A DNA stretch of 64,000 nt from Candidatus Latescibacterota bacterium (lineage in GTDB: Bacteria; Latescibacterota; UBA2968; GCA-2709665). A program made the position numbers and the translations under genes. The DNA is taken from contig CAXXXF010000017.1 in the NCBI GenBank assembly GCA_963667175.2, positions 1 through 64,000 on the forward strand, read 5' to 3'. Positions 48,026 through 58,773 of the stretch are shown in pieces (the first letter of the stretch is position 1; the number at the start of each line of letters is the position of its first letter). The notes under the pieces are model-generated. The model was not told where the DNA came from. It searched no databases and worked only from the letters and a program-made list of their open reading frames with translations.

Positions 48026-48892
48026 GTGAAGCGCATCGGCATTCTTGCATATATCGAACGAGACGGCATCGGTCCCATCCTCCAGAATTTCGTGAGGCTC
48101 GCGCAGGACCAGGACATCGAGCTCATTCTGGAGGAACCGTTACGGGAAGTTTGTGTCTCCAGCGGGGTCTCTTACCGGCCAGGCGCCCACCTGGCCGGTT
48201 GTTCGGATATTGTCGTCGCCCTGGGCGGCGACGGCACCATTCTGCGCGCGGCCAACCTGGTCGGCGCTACGCAGAAGCCCATTCTGGGCGTCAACCTCGG
48301 GCGGCTGGGGTTTCTGGCGGGAGCCGCGCTCGAAGAGTTGCGGGAAAGTCTGGGCAGATTGAAACGGGGGGAATACCAGCTCGAGGAACGCATGGCCCTC
48401 GAAGCGGAAATCGGCAACAGGACTTTTTTCGCGCTCAATGAGTTCGTATTCGAAAAAGCGGTGCTCGCCCGTCTGGTCCAGGTGAAGTCCTGGATTTCCG
48501 AAACGCCGTTCAGCTCCTTTTTCGGGAACGGCATTATCGTATCCACCCCAACGGGCTCAACCAGTTACAGCCTTTCCGCGGGAGGGCCCATCGTCCATCC
48601 CGATCTGCGGGCATTCATCGTCACGCCAATCTGCGCGCACTCGCTATCGTTGCGTCCCGCCGTCGTCCCGGGCAGTCAGTCGATCACCGTGCAGATGATC
48701 GCCGAACACACCGATATCATGGTCACCGCGGACGGCAAGATCGTCTCTCCGATACAGCCTGAAGAACGCGTGCACATCCGACAGGCCGCCCATACCACCC
48801 GCCTGATCAACCTCCAGGGGCTGTCCTTCTATCAGTTGCTCAGTCGAAAACTGGACTGGAGTCTGGACCGGCGCAAAACTCGGGAGTACTGA
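48026..48892 (+). CDS. nadK: NAD kinase
   Basis: GGDGT, GVNLGRLGFL, LNE, STPTGSTSYSLSAGGP. Confidence 0.93.
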   Translation: MKRIGILAYIERDGIGPILQNFVRLAQDQDIELILEEPLREVCVSSGVSYRPGAHLAGCSDIVVALGGDGTILRAANLVGATQKPILGVNLGRLGFLAGAALEELRESLGRLKRGEYQLEERMALEAEIGNRTFFALNEFVFEKAVLARLVQVKSWISETPFSSFFGNGIIVSTPTGSTSYSLSAGGPIVHPDLRAFIVTPICAHSLSLRPAVVPGSQSITVQMIAEHTDIMVTADGKIVSPIQPEERVHIRQAAHTTRLINLQGLSFYQLLSRKLDWSLDRRKTREY

Positions 48893-48894
48893 AC

Positions 48895-50595
48895 GTGCTC
48901 TGCCGCCTGCTGGTCGTCAACTATGCGTTGATCGACAGAGTTGAAATTGAATTCGGGCCCGGGCTGAACATCATTACGGGTGAAACCGGCGCGGGCAAAT
49001 CCATCCTCATCGGCGCCCTGGGTCTGGTACTCGGAACGCGAGCGAGCCCGGACGTGATCCGGACGAGCGAGAAACGGTGTCTTGTCGAGGCCATTTTCCA
49101 GCTGAAATCCGATCACCGGTGTCTGCCGCTTCTGGACGCCATGGGCATCGAGGCCGAGCACGGTGAACTCATCATCCGCCGGGAGATCGTCGCGAACGGC
49201 CGCAGTCGCTGTTTCGTAAACGGTCTGGCCGTCCCCGTCCGTGGGCTGCTCGACCTGGCCCGGGCCCTGGTCGACCTTCACGGACAACACGATCACCAGT
49301 CGCTGCTCTACGCGGAACGTCATATCGACTTTCTGGACGGGTTCGGCAGGCTCGGCGAACTCCGGGAATCGGTCGGTATCGCCCACGGTCGTCTGGCGAA
49401 CCTGCTCGCGAAGCGGGAAAACGCCGACGCCGAAGCACGGCGCATGCGCGACCGGCGGGAACTTCTCGAATTTCAGGTTGAAGAAATCGCCGCGGCAGAC
49501 CCGGAACCGGACGAAGACGAGCGGCTCTTGCAGGAACGATCGCTGCTCACCCACGCCGAACGACTGATTGAAACCGCCGTCAACCTGGAAACCCTGCTCT
49601 ATCAGGGAGACGATTCCATCGTGGATCGCCTGGGCGCGGCAGAGCGCCTCCTGAACGACGCCGTGCAGATGGACGAATCGCTCCGTCTTCAAGCCGATGA
49701 ATTGATCGCCCAGCGTTATGCCATTGAGGAAATCGCCCGTTTCTTTTCGGAGTACGCACGCGGCGTCGAGCACGACCCGGAACGCCTGGCGGAGGTCAGC
49801 GGGCGCCTGGACCTCCTGGCGCATCTGAAGAAGAAATTCGGCGGCAGCCTGGAAACGGTGCTTGCGTATCGTGAGAACGCGGAGAAGGAACTGGCGCAGT
49901 CGGAGCGTCTGGACCGTTCGCTGGCCGAGGTTGAGGGAGACATCGACTCCGCCCGCGCCGGCCTGGCGGACCTGTGCGCCCGGCTTTCCGGAGCGCGCGA
50001 AGCCGCCGCGCGAGACCTCGCGCGCGCAACGATGGATGCGCTCGGAGACCTGGGGATTCCGCGGGCCGACTTCCGCGTCGAGCTGATCCGGGACGAGTCG
50101 CCCGACGGCTGGGTAAACCTGGAAAACCGGCGGTTTCGCGTGGGCCCGAAGGGCATCGAGCGCGTGGAATTCCACGTTTCCACGAACCCCGGCGAAGCCC
50201 TCAGGCCGCTGGTCAGAGTGGCTTCCGGCGGTGAGGTGTCCCGGATCATGCTGGCGCTCAAATCCGTGCTCTCCCAATCCGATCCGGTACAGGTCCTCAT
50301 CTTCGACGAAATCGATATCGGCATATCCGGACGCATCGCCGACGTGGTGGGCAGGAAGCTCAAGAGCCTGTCGTGCGCGCGCCAGACCATCTGCATAACC
50401 CATCTCCCACAGATTGCCAGAATGGCGGATACCCACCTTGCCGTGCACAAGGCCCTGTCGAACGGGCGCACCGTGACCCGGGTGGCGCGCCTCGGCGACG
50501 ACGACAGAGCGCGCGAAATCGCCAAGTTGCTCGGCGGCGAGAAAATCTCGGACCTTAGCATGGAACACGCCCGCGAATTGCTGAGTCAGAACTGA
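48895..50595 (+). CDS. recN: DNA repair protein RecN
   Basis: TGETGAGKS, HGQH, ASGGEVSR, FDEID, ITHLPQ. Confidence 0.97.
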   Translation: MLCRLLVVNYALIDRVEIEFGPGLNIITGETGAGKSILIGALGLVLGTRASPDVIRTSEKRCLVEAIFQLKSDHRCLPLLDAMGIEAEHGELIIRREIVANGRSRCFVNGLAVPVRGLLDLARALVDLHGQHDHQSLLYAERHIDFLDGFGRLGELRESVGIAHGRLANLLAKRENADAEARRMRDRRELLEFQVEEIAAADPEPDEDERLLQERSLLTHAERLIETAVNLETLLYQGDDSIVDRLGAAERLLNDAVQMDESLRLQADELIAQRYAIEEIARFFSEYARGVEHDPERLAEVSGRLDLLAHLKKKFGGSLETVLAYRENAEKELAQSERLDRSLAEVEGDIDSARAGLADLCARLSGAREAAARDLARATMDALGDLGIPRADFRVELIRDESPDGWVNLENRRFRVGPKGIERVEFHVSTNPGEALRPLVRVASGGEVSRIMLALKSVLSQSDPVQVLIFDEIDIGISGRIADVVGRKLKSLSCARQTICITHLPQIARMADTHLAVHKALSNGRTVTRVARLGDDDRAREIAKLLGGEKISDLSMEHARELLSQN

Positions 50596-50659
50596 AGGCG
50601 CGCATACGGGGCCGCCCGCGAGGGTCGCCGCCGTCTGGCGCGAAGGGAAGGACTTCCCG

Positions 50660-51812
50660 GTGAAACCGAAGATTCCGAACCAGCTTGACGACGTTTACGG
50701 GAAAGTCATTGCCGGCGAAAGGCTCTCTGCCGACGACGGGTTGCGGCTTTACGATTCGCCGCATCTCAACGCGGTGGGGTACATGGCCAATATCGTACGC
50801 GAGCGTCTCTGCGGCAACGTGGCCTGGTACGTGCGCAACCAGCATATCAACTATACCAACGTCTGCAACAAGCTCTGCAGATTCTGCTCCTTTTACGTGC
50901 CGCCGAAAGACAGCCGGGGGTACGTACTTTGGCCTGAAGACGTCCAGGAACGGGTCAGACAGTATCTGCACATTCCCATCACCGAAATCCATATGGTCGC
51001 GGGAATCAATCCCAAACTTCCCTATTCCTACTATATCGACATCGTACAGGCGGTGAAGGAAGTCCGCCCGGAGGTCGCCGTAAAGGCCTTTACGGCGATT
51101 GAATGGGTGCAGATCGCCAGAATCGCAAAAAAAACCGCTCCGGGAGGTGATGGTGGAACTCAAGGCTGCCGGGGTGTCGTCGATCCCGGGCGGAGGCGCC
51201 GAAGTCTTCAGCGATCGGGTGCAGGCGGAGATGTTCTGGACCAAGGCCGACTCCGACGAGTGGATGCGGGTTGCCCGCACCGCACACGAAGTGGGGCTGC
51301 CCACCAATGCCACGATGCTCTACGGCCACGTCGAGAATCCGGACGAACGGGTTCAGCACCTGGTCAGCCTGAGAGAGCTTCAGGACGAGACCGGCGGTTT
51401 TCTGGCCTACATTCCGCTTTCCTTTCACCCTGAACGAACCGAACTGGAAGACCTGCCCGCCCCCACGGGCGAGGCCGACCTGCGCGAAATCGCCGTCGCA
51501 CGACTCATGCTGGACAATTTTCCGCACATCAAGACGTTCTGGATCATGAACACCATCGAAATTTCTCAGGTGGCGCTCTGGTACGGCGCCGACGACATCG
51601 ACGGCACCATCCAGGAGTACGAAATCACCAGGCGAACGTACGAAGAGACCCGGCAGGTGCTCACCCGGAGACAACTGGTGGAACGCATTGTGGAAGCGGG
51701 AAGGGTACCCGCGGAACGCGACAATCTCTACAACGAACTCGAAACGCCGGGGGAGATCCCCGAAGACGAGGGTCCTCCGGTCATTCCCGGTGGGAAGTCC
51801 GTGTTGCCGTGA
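50660..51812 (+). CDS. mqnE: Aminofutalosine synthase (radical SAM), with an apparent 1-nt insertion in the A8 run near 51127-51134
   Basis: NYTNVCNKLCRFCSF and KAFTAIE in the first frame; PGGGAE, TNATMLYGH, RLMLDNFPHIK and GADDIDGT in the second. Confidence 0.88.
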
Positions 51813-51908
51813 AACACGTCGAGGACCGTCGAATCGCCGTTGCGCCCCCTCGGGAGAATCGTCGTCGCCAACAGGGGCAATGAGACGTACGGCAGGGAGA
51901 ACCGATCG

Positions 51909-53009
51909 ATGATCGATGACATCGCGGAAAAAATCGACGCTGAAGAGCGCATCACGATGGAAGACGCCAGGCGGCTGATGGCGCATCCGAACGTCACGGA
52001 GCTGGGCATGCTTGCGGATACGGTACGCAGACGCAGGTGGCCGGAAGACGTGGTGACCTACAACGTCGGCCGCAACATCAACTACACCAACGTCTGCTGG
52101 GTGCGCTGCGATTTCTGCGCTTTCTACCGTCCACCCGGATCCGAGGAAGGATACGTCCTGCCACGGGAACAGATCTTTCGGAAAATCGACGAACTGGTGG
52201 CCGCGGGCGGGAAGGCCCCCAAGTCGAACGAGATCCTCATGCAGGGCGGCCTGAATCCCAGACTGCGCATCGACTACTATGAAGATCTCTTCTCCAGCAT
52301 CCGGGAACGATATCCGTCGGTCCACCAGCACTGCCTCTCGGCCACCGAGATCATTTATATAGCCCACATATCACGACTGTCCATCCGGGACTGTATTCGC
52401 CGCCTTCGGGACGCAGGTCTGGATTCCATTCCGGGCGCCGGCGCCGAGATTCTCTCGGACGAGGTGCGCGACGTCATCGGTTACCGCAAAGACCGGGTGC
52501 ACGAGTGGCTGGCGGTACACCGCGCCGCGCACGAACTGGACATGCGAACGACCGCCACCATGATGTACGGCCACGTCGAATCCGTTGACCAGCGCCTCGA
52601 ACATCTGAAACACGTCCGGGACCTCCAGGACGACACCGGCGGCATGACCGCTTTCATTGCGTGGAACTTTCAGCCGGACGACACCGATCTGGCCGCGGAC
52701 AACACCCGCTGGAACGGGAAGAAAGCCACCGGCTACGACTATCTCCGCACGATTGCCGTCTCCCGCCTCTTCCTGGACAATATCCCGAGTTTTCAAGCCT
52801 CGTGGGTGACGCAGGGTCCCAAGATCGCCCAGGTCGGCCTCAAATACGGCGTCAATGACTTCGGGAGCACCATGATGGAGGAGAACGTCGTCTCCGCCGC
52901 AGGTACAAGCCACACGGACGACATGAGTCTTCCGACGATGTTACGTCTCATCCGGGGCGCCGGCTACCGGCCGGCGAGACGAAACACCCGGTACGAAATG
53001 GTGAACTGA
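51909..53009 (+). CDS. mqnC: Cyclic dehypoxanthine futalosine synthase (radical SAM)
   Basis: RNINYTNVCWVRCDFCAFYR, MQGG, QASWVTQG, NDFGSTMMEENVV. Confidence 0.93.
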   Translation: MIDDIAEKIDAEERITMEDARRLMAHPNVTELGMLADTVRRRRWPEDVVTYNVGRNINYTNVCWVRCDFCAFYRPPGSEEGYVLPREQIFRKIDELVAAGGKAPKSNEILMQGGLNPRLRIDYYEDLFSSIRERYPSVHQHCLSATEIIYIAHISRLSIRDCIRRLRDAGLDSIPGAGAEILSDEVRDVIGYRKDRVHEWLAVHRAAHELDMRTTATMMYGHVESVDQRLEHLKHVRDLQDDTGGMTAFIAWNFQPDDTDLAADNTRWNGKKATGYDYLRTIAVSRLFLDNIPSFQASWVTQGPKIAQVGLKYGVNDFGSTMMEENVVSAAGTSHTDDMSLPTMLRLIRGAGYRPARRNTRYEMVN

Positions 53010-53020
53010 AAGCCGCGCGA

Positions 53021-53821
53021 ATGACAACCCGCCTTGGTGTGGTCTCTTTCCTGAACACACAGCCGCTCGTGCACGCCCTGGAGACCGGTCGAATCGAACA
53101 CAGCTTCGACTTTACCTACGACGTGCCGTCCCGCTGCGCGGAACGCCTTCACCGAGGCGAGACCGACGTTGCCCTCATCCCCTCCATCGAAATCGCGCGC
53201 GGACTCGATCCCTACAGCGTCGTGCCCGAGGTCAGTATCTCCTCCCGGGGTCCGGTCGGAAGCGTTCTGCTCCTGCTTCGAAGAGATCCAGCCGACGTCC
53301 GGACGCTTGCCCTCGACGCGAACTCCCGGACGTCCACCGTCCTCAGCCGCATCGTGTTGCAACGAAAACACCGGTGCAGGCCCGAGATCTTACACCAGCC
53401 CCCGGACGCCGGGCGCATGCTGGATCATGCGGATGCAGCCGTCATCATCGGAGACGCGGCGCTCGCCCTGGAGAAAGGGTCATATCGTGTCGTTGACCTT
53501 GGTGAGGCCTGGACCGCACTCACGGGGCTTCCGTTTGTCTACGCCTGCTGGACGGGAAGGTCGGACGCACTGAGTCCGGATCAGACCGGGCAGCTGATCT
53601 GCGCCAAGGCCCTGGGCGTCCGTGAGGTTCCGTCCATCGCAAGGACCTATGCCGCTTCGCATCCTCGATCCGCCGGATTCTATACCGACTACATGGCCAG
53701 GAAGATCCAATATGACTTCGGCCGGGCCGAACAGGAGGGCCTCAGCCTCTTTTTCAGATACGCCCTTGAAGCGGGTTGTGTCGAGAACATCCCGAGAATG
53801 CGATTCTACGCACAATCCTGA
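53021..53821 (+). CDS. mqnA: Chorismate dehydratase (futalosine pathway)
   Basis: VSFLNTQPL, SRTS, IGDAAL, DLGEAW..TGLPFVYA. Confidence 0.92.
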   Translation: MTTRLGVVSFLNTQPLVHALETGRIEHSFDFTYDVPSRCAERLHRGETDVALIPSIEIARGLDPYSVVPEVSISSRGPVGSVLLLLRRDPADVRTLALDANSRTSTVLSRIVLQRKHRCRPEILHQPPDAGRMLDHADAAVIIGDAALALEKGSYRVVDLGEAWTALTGLPFVYACWTGRSDALSPDQTGQLICAKALGVREVPSIARTYAASHPRSAGFYTDYMARKIQYDFGRAEQEGLSLFFRYALEAGCVENIPRMRFYAQS

Positions 53822-53857
53822 CACATCCGACCGAAAGTCGGAGGGAGGGACTCAACC

Positions 53858-54910
53858 ATGCCCAGAACCGGCCGCGCCTCGGTTCTCGTCGGCGAACGAT
53901 TTGAAGTCCGGGAGTTCCCGGTCCCGGAACCGGCGCCCGGAACGGTCCTGTTGAGACAGGAACTCGCCGGCATCTGCGGAACTGACCTGCACAACTGGGA
54001 ATACCAGAGACTGGACGACGAGATCATCCTGGGGCACGAGAACGTGGGGATCGTCGACAGACTCGGCGACGGTGTGACCCACGATCACCTGGGTCGTCCC
54101 GTCAGACCCGGCGACCGGATCGCCCTTGTGCCGGGCACGTCTCAAGGCGCGTACGGATTCATCCCTGCCGGAGAGCAGCCCTATCTCCGCGGCGGCTTTG
54201 CCGAATACATCTATCTCTGGAATCCGGAGACCGTCTTCTTCAAGACCGATCTGCCCGCCGAGGTCGCCGTTCTGCTCGAGCCCTTCACGATCGGCGTACA
54301 CGGCGTGATGCGGGCGGGGATCCGATTCGGAGACACCGTCGTCGTTCAGGGTTCCGGCGCCATCGGCCTTGTCACCCTCATCTGCGCGAAGGTCAGCGGC
54401 GCCGGCCGGTTGATCATGGTCGGCGGGCCCCCGGGACGCCTGGCGCTCGCACGGGAAATCGGCGCGGACGTCACGGTCGACATCGCCGACGTCCCGGACC
54501 CGGAAGTACGAAAGCAAATGGTTCGGGACGCCACGCCGAAGGGGGCCGGCGCCGACGTCGTCTTCGAGTGCGCGGGCTTTCTGCAAGCCATCCCTGAGGG
54601 TCTGGATTATCTCCGTCAGGACGGCACGTACGTCGAAATGGGCCATTTCGTAGACGTCGGTTCCTTCGAATGCAATCCCAATCGGATGTTCATGCGCAAG
54701 AACCTGCGTTTCGAAGCGGTCTGGGCGAGTTACCCGGAACACTTCGTGCGCGGACTTCCCATCCTGGAGAGGAACGAGTTCCCCTTTGCGGATATGGTCA
54801 GCCACACCATCCCGCTGGACCGCGTGCCCGAAGGCTTCAACGCCCTGGCCGGCAGCTATCGCCTGGACGGGAAGGACGCCATCAAGATTGCGGTGTCCGG
54901 AAGTCTGTAG
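53858..54910 (+). CDS. Zinc-dependent alcohol dehydrogenase (MDR) without the structural-Zn lobe
   Basis: GICGTD, GHE, LEP, GSGAIG; the four-Cys lobe is absent. Confidence 0.88.
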   Translation: MPRTGRASVLVGERFEVREFPVPEPAPGTVLLRQELAGICGTDLHNWEYQRLDDEIILGHENVGIVDRLGDGVTHDHLGRPVRPGDRIALVPGTSQGAYGFIPAGEQPYLRGGFAEYIYLWNPETVFFKTDLPAEVAVLLEPFTIGVHGVMRAGIRFGDTVVVQGSGAIGLVTLICAKVSGAGRLIMVGGPPGRLALAREIGADVTVDIADVPDPEVRKQMVRDATPKGAGADVVFECAGFLQAIPEGLDYLRQDGTYVEMGHFVDVGSFECNPNRMFMRKNLRFEAVWASYPEHFVRGLPILERNEFPFADMVSHTIPLDRVPEGFNALAGSYRLDGKDAIKIAVSGSL

Positions 54911-55002
54911 ACCTAACCCTGTGTCGACATGAATTAAAGTCGCGCGCCGACCGCACCATCAGGTCCGGCCGCATCGCGTACCGACATCCGACGGCAGACA
55001 CC

Positions 55003-56971
55003 ATGACGCTGCGCGCGCTCCTCGTCGGCCTGGCCATGGCCGTCTGGGTCAACCTATGGCCCACCTACTCCAGCCTCATCGCGCATTCCTCGCGCGCAGA
55101 CTATGCGCACCTGTCGGTAGCCCTGCTGATTCCCTTCGTTTGCCTGCTCGGACTCAATCTGCCTCTCTATCGTCGAGGACGCGGCCTGTCGGCCTCGGAA
55201 TTGCTGTCCATCTGCTGTATCGGAATGGTCGCTGCGACCATGCAGGGAGAGTGGCTCTCGGGATATCTGCTGGGCGTGGTTACGGCGCCCACCTATTTTG
55301 CGACACCCGAGAATCAATGGGCCGAACACCTGCTCTCCAGGGTCCCCTCCTGGACCATTGTCGCGGATCGAACGGCCGCAACGGGCTTCTACGAGAGTCT
55401 GTTCAAGGGCCAGGAATTCCCCTGGAGCGCCTGGGCGGCGCCGGTTTTCTGGTGGGGCGGATTCCTCGGTTCGGTGCTCACCGTCAGCTTCTGCCTGGTC
55501 GTCATTCTGCGCAAACAGTGGATGGACAACGAACGCCTCACGTTCCCGATCGCCACCGCCGTGCTGGAGCTCACCGGCGTTTCCGGTTCCGGGCGCAGCC
55601 TGGCCACCCTGGTCCGGTCACGCCTGTTTCCGGTTCGGTTTCTGGCTGGTCGTCGCCATCTTCTGCTGGAATATCGCGACCTGGTTCGTCAGGGCCATAC
55701 CCGTCCTGGACGTACCCATGACGGTCCTCAGCCGCAAGGTGATCCGGATCGGCGAGGGTTTCCCCTACTTTGCATTTTCCATCCATCCGATGACGATCGC
55801 GTTCGCGTACTTCACCGAATCCAGCGTCCTGTTCAGCATCTGGCTCTTCCACCTTCTGGCCATCCTGCAGGTGGGCGTCTTCAACCGCCTGGGCTTCAGT
55901 ATCGGCGGTTCTGATATGTGGTGCTCCTTCGATCCCGCCATCGGCTGGCAGAGCTTCGGCGGTCTCACGGTGTTTGCGGGCTGGGGGCTCTGGGTTGCCC
56001 GGAGCCACCTGGCCGCGGTATTCAGGAAGGCCTTAGCGCGCGGTGCGAGCGCCAGAGGTACGGGCGCAGTCGACGACGTCGACGACGCTAACGAACTCAT
56101 CTCCTACCGTACGGCGGTAGTTCTGCTCCTGGCCGGATGCGCGTACCTGCTCGTGTGGCTTTTCCGCGCGGGGATGGCCGCCGGCCCCCTGATCGCTTTC
56201 TGGTTCGCCACCCTCGCGCTCTACCTGGGTCTGGCGCGCATTATCGTGGAAAGCGGCCTCGTGTATCTGCGCGGCCCCATTACGGCGCAGGCGTTTACGT
56301 GGCACCTTTTCGGCATTTCCGGAATGGGTCCGCACAGCGCGGTTGCCCTGGGCCTGACCTACACCTTTTTCTGCGACGCAAAGACCTGGGCGATCACCGC
56401 CCTGGCCCACGTCCCCAGGCTGGGCGTGGCCATGCGGCCCGAACGCCGAAGGCTGCTGGCGCCCGGCGTTCTCCTGGGCGCCCTTGGCGGCGCCTTTTCC
56501 GTGATCGCCTTCATTCTCTACCACGGCTATTACGGCGTGGGCAGCTACAACTTCGGCGTGGTCAGCTTCAACGGCTCCGGCGACGGTGCCGTTGGCATCT
56601 GGCGTTATACGGCCGCCCGCATCCAGCAGGGGACGGCCGGCACAAGCTGGGACCGCGTCGGGTTCTTCGGCATCGGCGCCGCGTTCACCGGCCTCCTCGT
56701 CTTCCTGCGATACCGCTTTCCGGGATTCCCCATTCATCCCATCGGATTCACCATTTCCGCCTCCAACGTGCTCAGAAGCAGCGTCACCTCCATTTTCATC
56801 GCGTGGTTCACCAAAGCCCTTATCATGAGATTCGGCGGCCTCAACAGCTACAGACGCCTGACACCCCTCTTTCTGGGCATGTTCATGGGATACCTCGTAG
56901 GCGTGGGTCTGGGCGTCGTCGCGGACGTTATCTGGTTCAACGGAGACGGTCACAAACTGAATGACTGGTAG
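55003..56971 (+). CDS. DUF6785/DUF6784-like membrane protein (paralog of 2444..4450), with an apparent 1-nt insertion near 55628
   Basis: MTLRALLVGL..RKQWMDNERLTFP in one frame; FGFWLVV..FPIHPIG..WFNGDGH in the next. Confidence 0.75.
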
Positions 56972-57071
56972 GAAGCTGTTTCAAAATCCTGTGCGCCGAA
57001 TAGAAATCCTGTTTATCTTCAGTCGGCAATCCAAATCGGCCCGGCGCCACGCCTCTCCGAAGGTGCACCGC

Positions 57072-58637
57072 ATGACGTTCGACGTCCTCATCCGCAACGG
57101 CCTCATCGTCGACGGGACAGGCCGTAGAGACCCGTTCCCGGCGGATATCGCCGTACATGGCGACCGGATCGCCGCCGTGGGCAGCCTTTCGAACGTTGAG
57201 GCGAAACGGGAGATCGATGCCCGCGGCCACGTGGTCTGCCCCGGATTCATCGACGTGCACGTGCATTGTGAGCCCGCGCTGCTGACCGGAAACCACCGCT
57301 TTGCGGGTGTCGTCCAGGGCGTTACGACGCAACTCCTCGCGCCCGACGGCTTCGGATGGGCGCCGTTGTCTCCGGACCTGCGAGGGCAGATGTGGGAGTA
57401 CACACGGTTCGCCGCCGGATCGGCGGATCTGGACCTAACATGGGAATCCATTGAAGACTACCTGAACCTGTTTCCAGGGAACAGCCCCTGCAACGTCTAC
57501 CCGCAGGCGCCCCACTGCGCCGTGCGCCTGAACGTCTGCGGCTGGTCGCCCGGTCCCGCCACCGATACGCAGATCGACGCCATGGCCGACCTGGTGCGGC
57601 AATGGATGGAAGCGGGCGCGGGCTGCCTCTGCCTGGGGCTGGACTACCAGCCGAGCGCGAATTCCGACCTGCGCGAACTGGTTGAACTCTGCAAAGTGGC
57701 GGCGTCCTACGGCGGCATTTACGCGGCGCACATCCGCAACCACATTCTGGGCCGGGCGGATGCCTGGAAGGAGACCTTCGAGATCTTTCGGCAGTCCGGC
57801 ATTCCCGTCCACCATTCCCACGAGCGGGCCGACCGGGAGGGCGCCGAGCTTCTCGAGAATGCCGACAGGGAGGATATCGATCTCACCTTCGAGTCCTATC
57901 TCTATCCCGCCGGCATGTCGCACATGACCATTATGCTTCCCGTCGAGGACCAGGTCGGCGCTCCGGCAGACGTCCTGGATCACCTGGCGGACCCCGGTGT
58001 GAAGAAACGGGTCCTTCCCCATCTCCGCGGCTGGCTGGGCGCGTGCAACCAGGTGGTAGGCCACACCCGATCAGGACGCTACGTCGGCGCCACACTGTCG
58101 GACCTGGCCGCCGGGGCAGGCGTCGCCCCGGAGGACTTCGCCTACGATCTCATCCTGGAGGAGGAAGGCCTGTCCACGTACATTTTCCCGTGGCAGGACA
58201 CCCCCGAAAACAACGAAACCACGGTCAGGAATACCGCAACGCACCCGCGGATGATGGTCGCGAGCGACGGCATCTACAACGTGCGTCACCCCCACCCCAG
58301 GGGTTTCGGGTGCTTCGCCCGCGTACCAGGTGAGATCGTCCGCGAGAAGAACCTGATCTCTCTCGCGGAAGCCATCCACAAAATGAGCGGCTTCCCCGCC
58401 CGGCGATTCGGCCTTGCCGACCGTGGCGAAATCGCCGAAGGCAACGCTGCCGACGTCGTGATCTTCGATCCTCAGACCGTCAACTCGACCGCCACGTTCG
58501 AGAACCCAACCGGAGGCCCCGTGGGGATCCCGTACGTGCTGGTCAACGGAACGCCGGCCGTGGATGGGGGCGCGCCCACCGGCGCGCTTCCGGGCAAGGT
58601 GCTGCGCCGCAACGCCTCGCCGGCGAGCCGACCATGA
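57072..58637 (+). CDS. N-acyl-D-amino-acid deacylase family amidohydrolase
   Basis: DVLIRNGLIVDGTG, PGFIDVHVH, HPHPRGFG, GIPYVLVNG..PGKVLR. Confidence 0.88.
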   Translation: MTFDVLIRNGLIVDGTGRRDPFPADIAVHGDRIAAVGSLSNVEAKREIDARGHVVCPGFIDVHVHCEPALLTGNHRFAGVVQGVTTQLLAPDGFGWAPLSPDLRGQMWEYTRFAAGSADLDLTWESIEDYLNLFPGNSPCNVYPQAPHCAVRLNVCGWSPGPATDTQIDAMADLVRQWMEAGAGCLCLGLDYQPSANSDLRELVELCKVAASYGGIYAAHIRNHILGRADAWKETFEIFRQSGIPVHHSHERADREGAELLENADREDIDLTFESYLYPAGMSHMTIMLPVEDQVGAPADVLDHLADPGVKKRVLPHLRGWLGACNQVVGHTRSGRYVGATLSDLAAGAGVAPEDFAYDLILEEEGLSTYIFPWQDTPENNETTVRNTATHPRMMVASDGIYNVRHPHPRGFGCFARVPGEIVREKNLISLAEAIHKMSGFPARRFGLADRGEIAEGNAADVVIFDPQTVNSTATFENPTGGPVGIPYVLVNGTPAVDGGAPTGALPGKVLRRNASPASRP

Positions 58638-58773
58638 CGCACGCCCCGTACCCGCACGGTGCGACGTTTCGGACCCGGCCGTCATCCGACGCGCGCGCCG
58701 CCGCCAGCCGTTCGTTACCGACGTGTGCGTTGCAGCCACTACAAATCGATCAGAATCGAGAGGATGTCCAGTC

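Noticed and set aside
51120-51140. Programmed frameshift or phase variation at the A8 run in mqnE
   Set aside because: No stimulatory structure is evident, the gene is housekeeping, and three other indels in the window point to sequencing error.
56967-56990. TAGGAAGCTGTTTCAAAATCC as a second IS/MITE end (a similar TAGGGAAGCTGTCTTAA occurs near 960)
   Set aside because: No matching right inverted repeat could be found, and the match is too short to support a feature.
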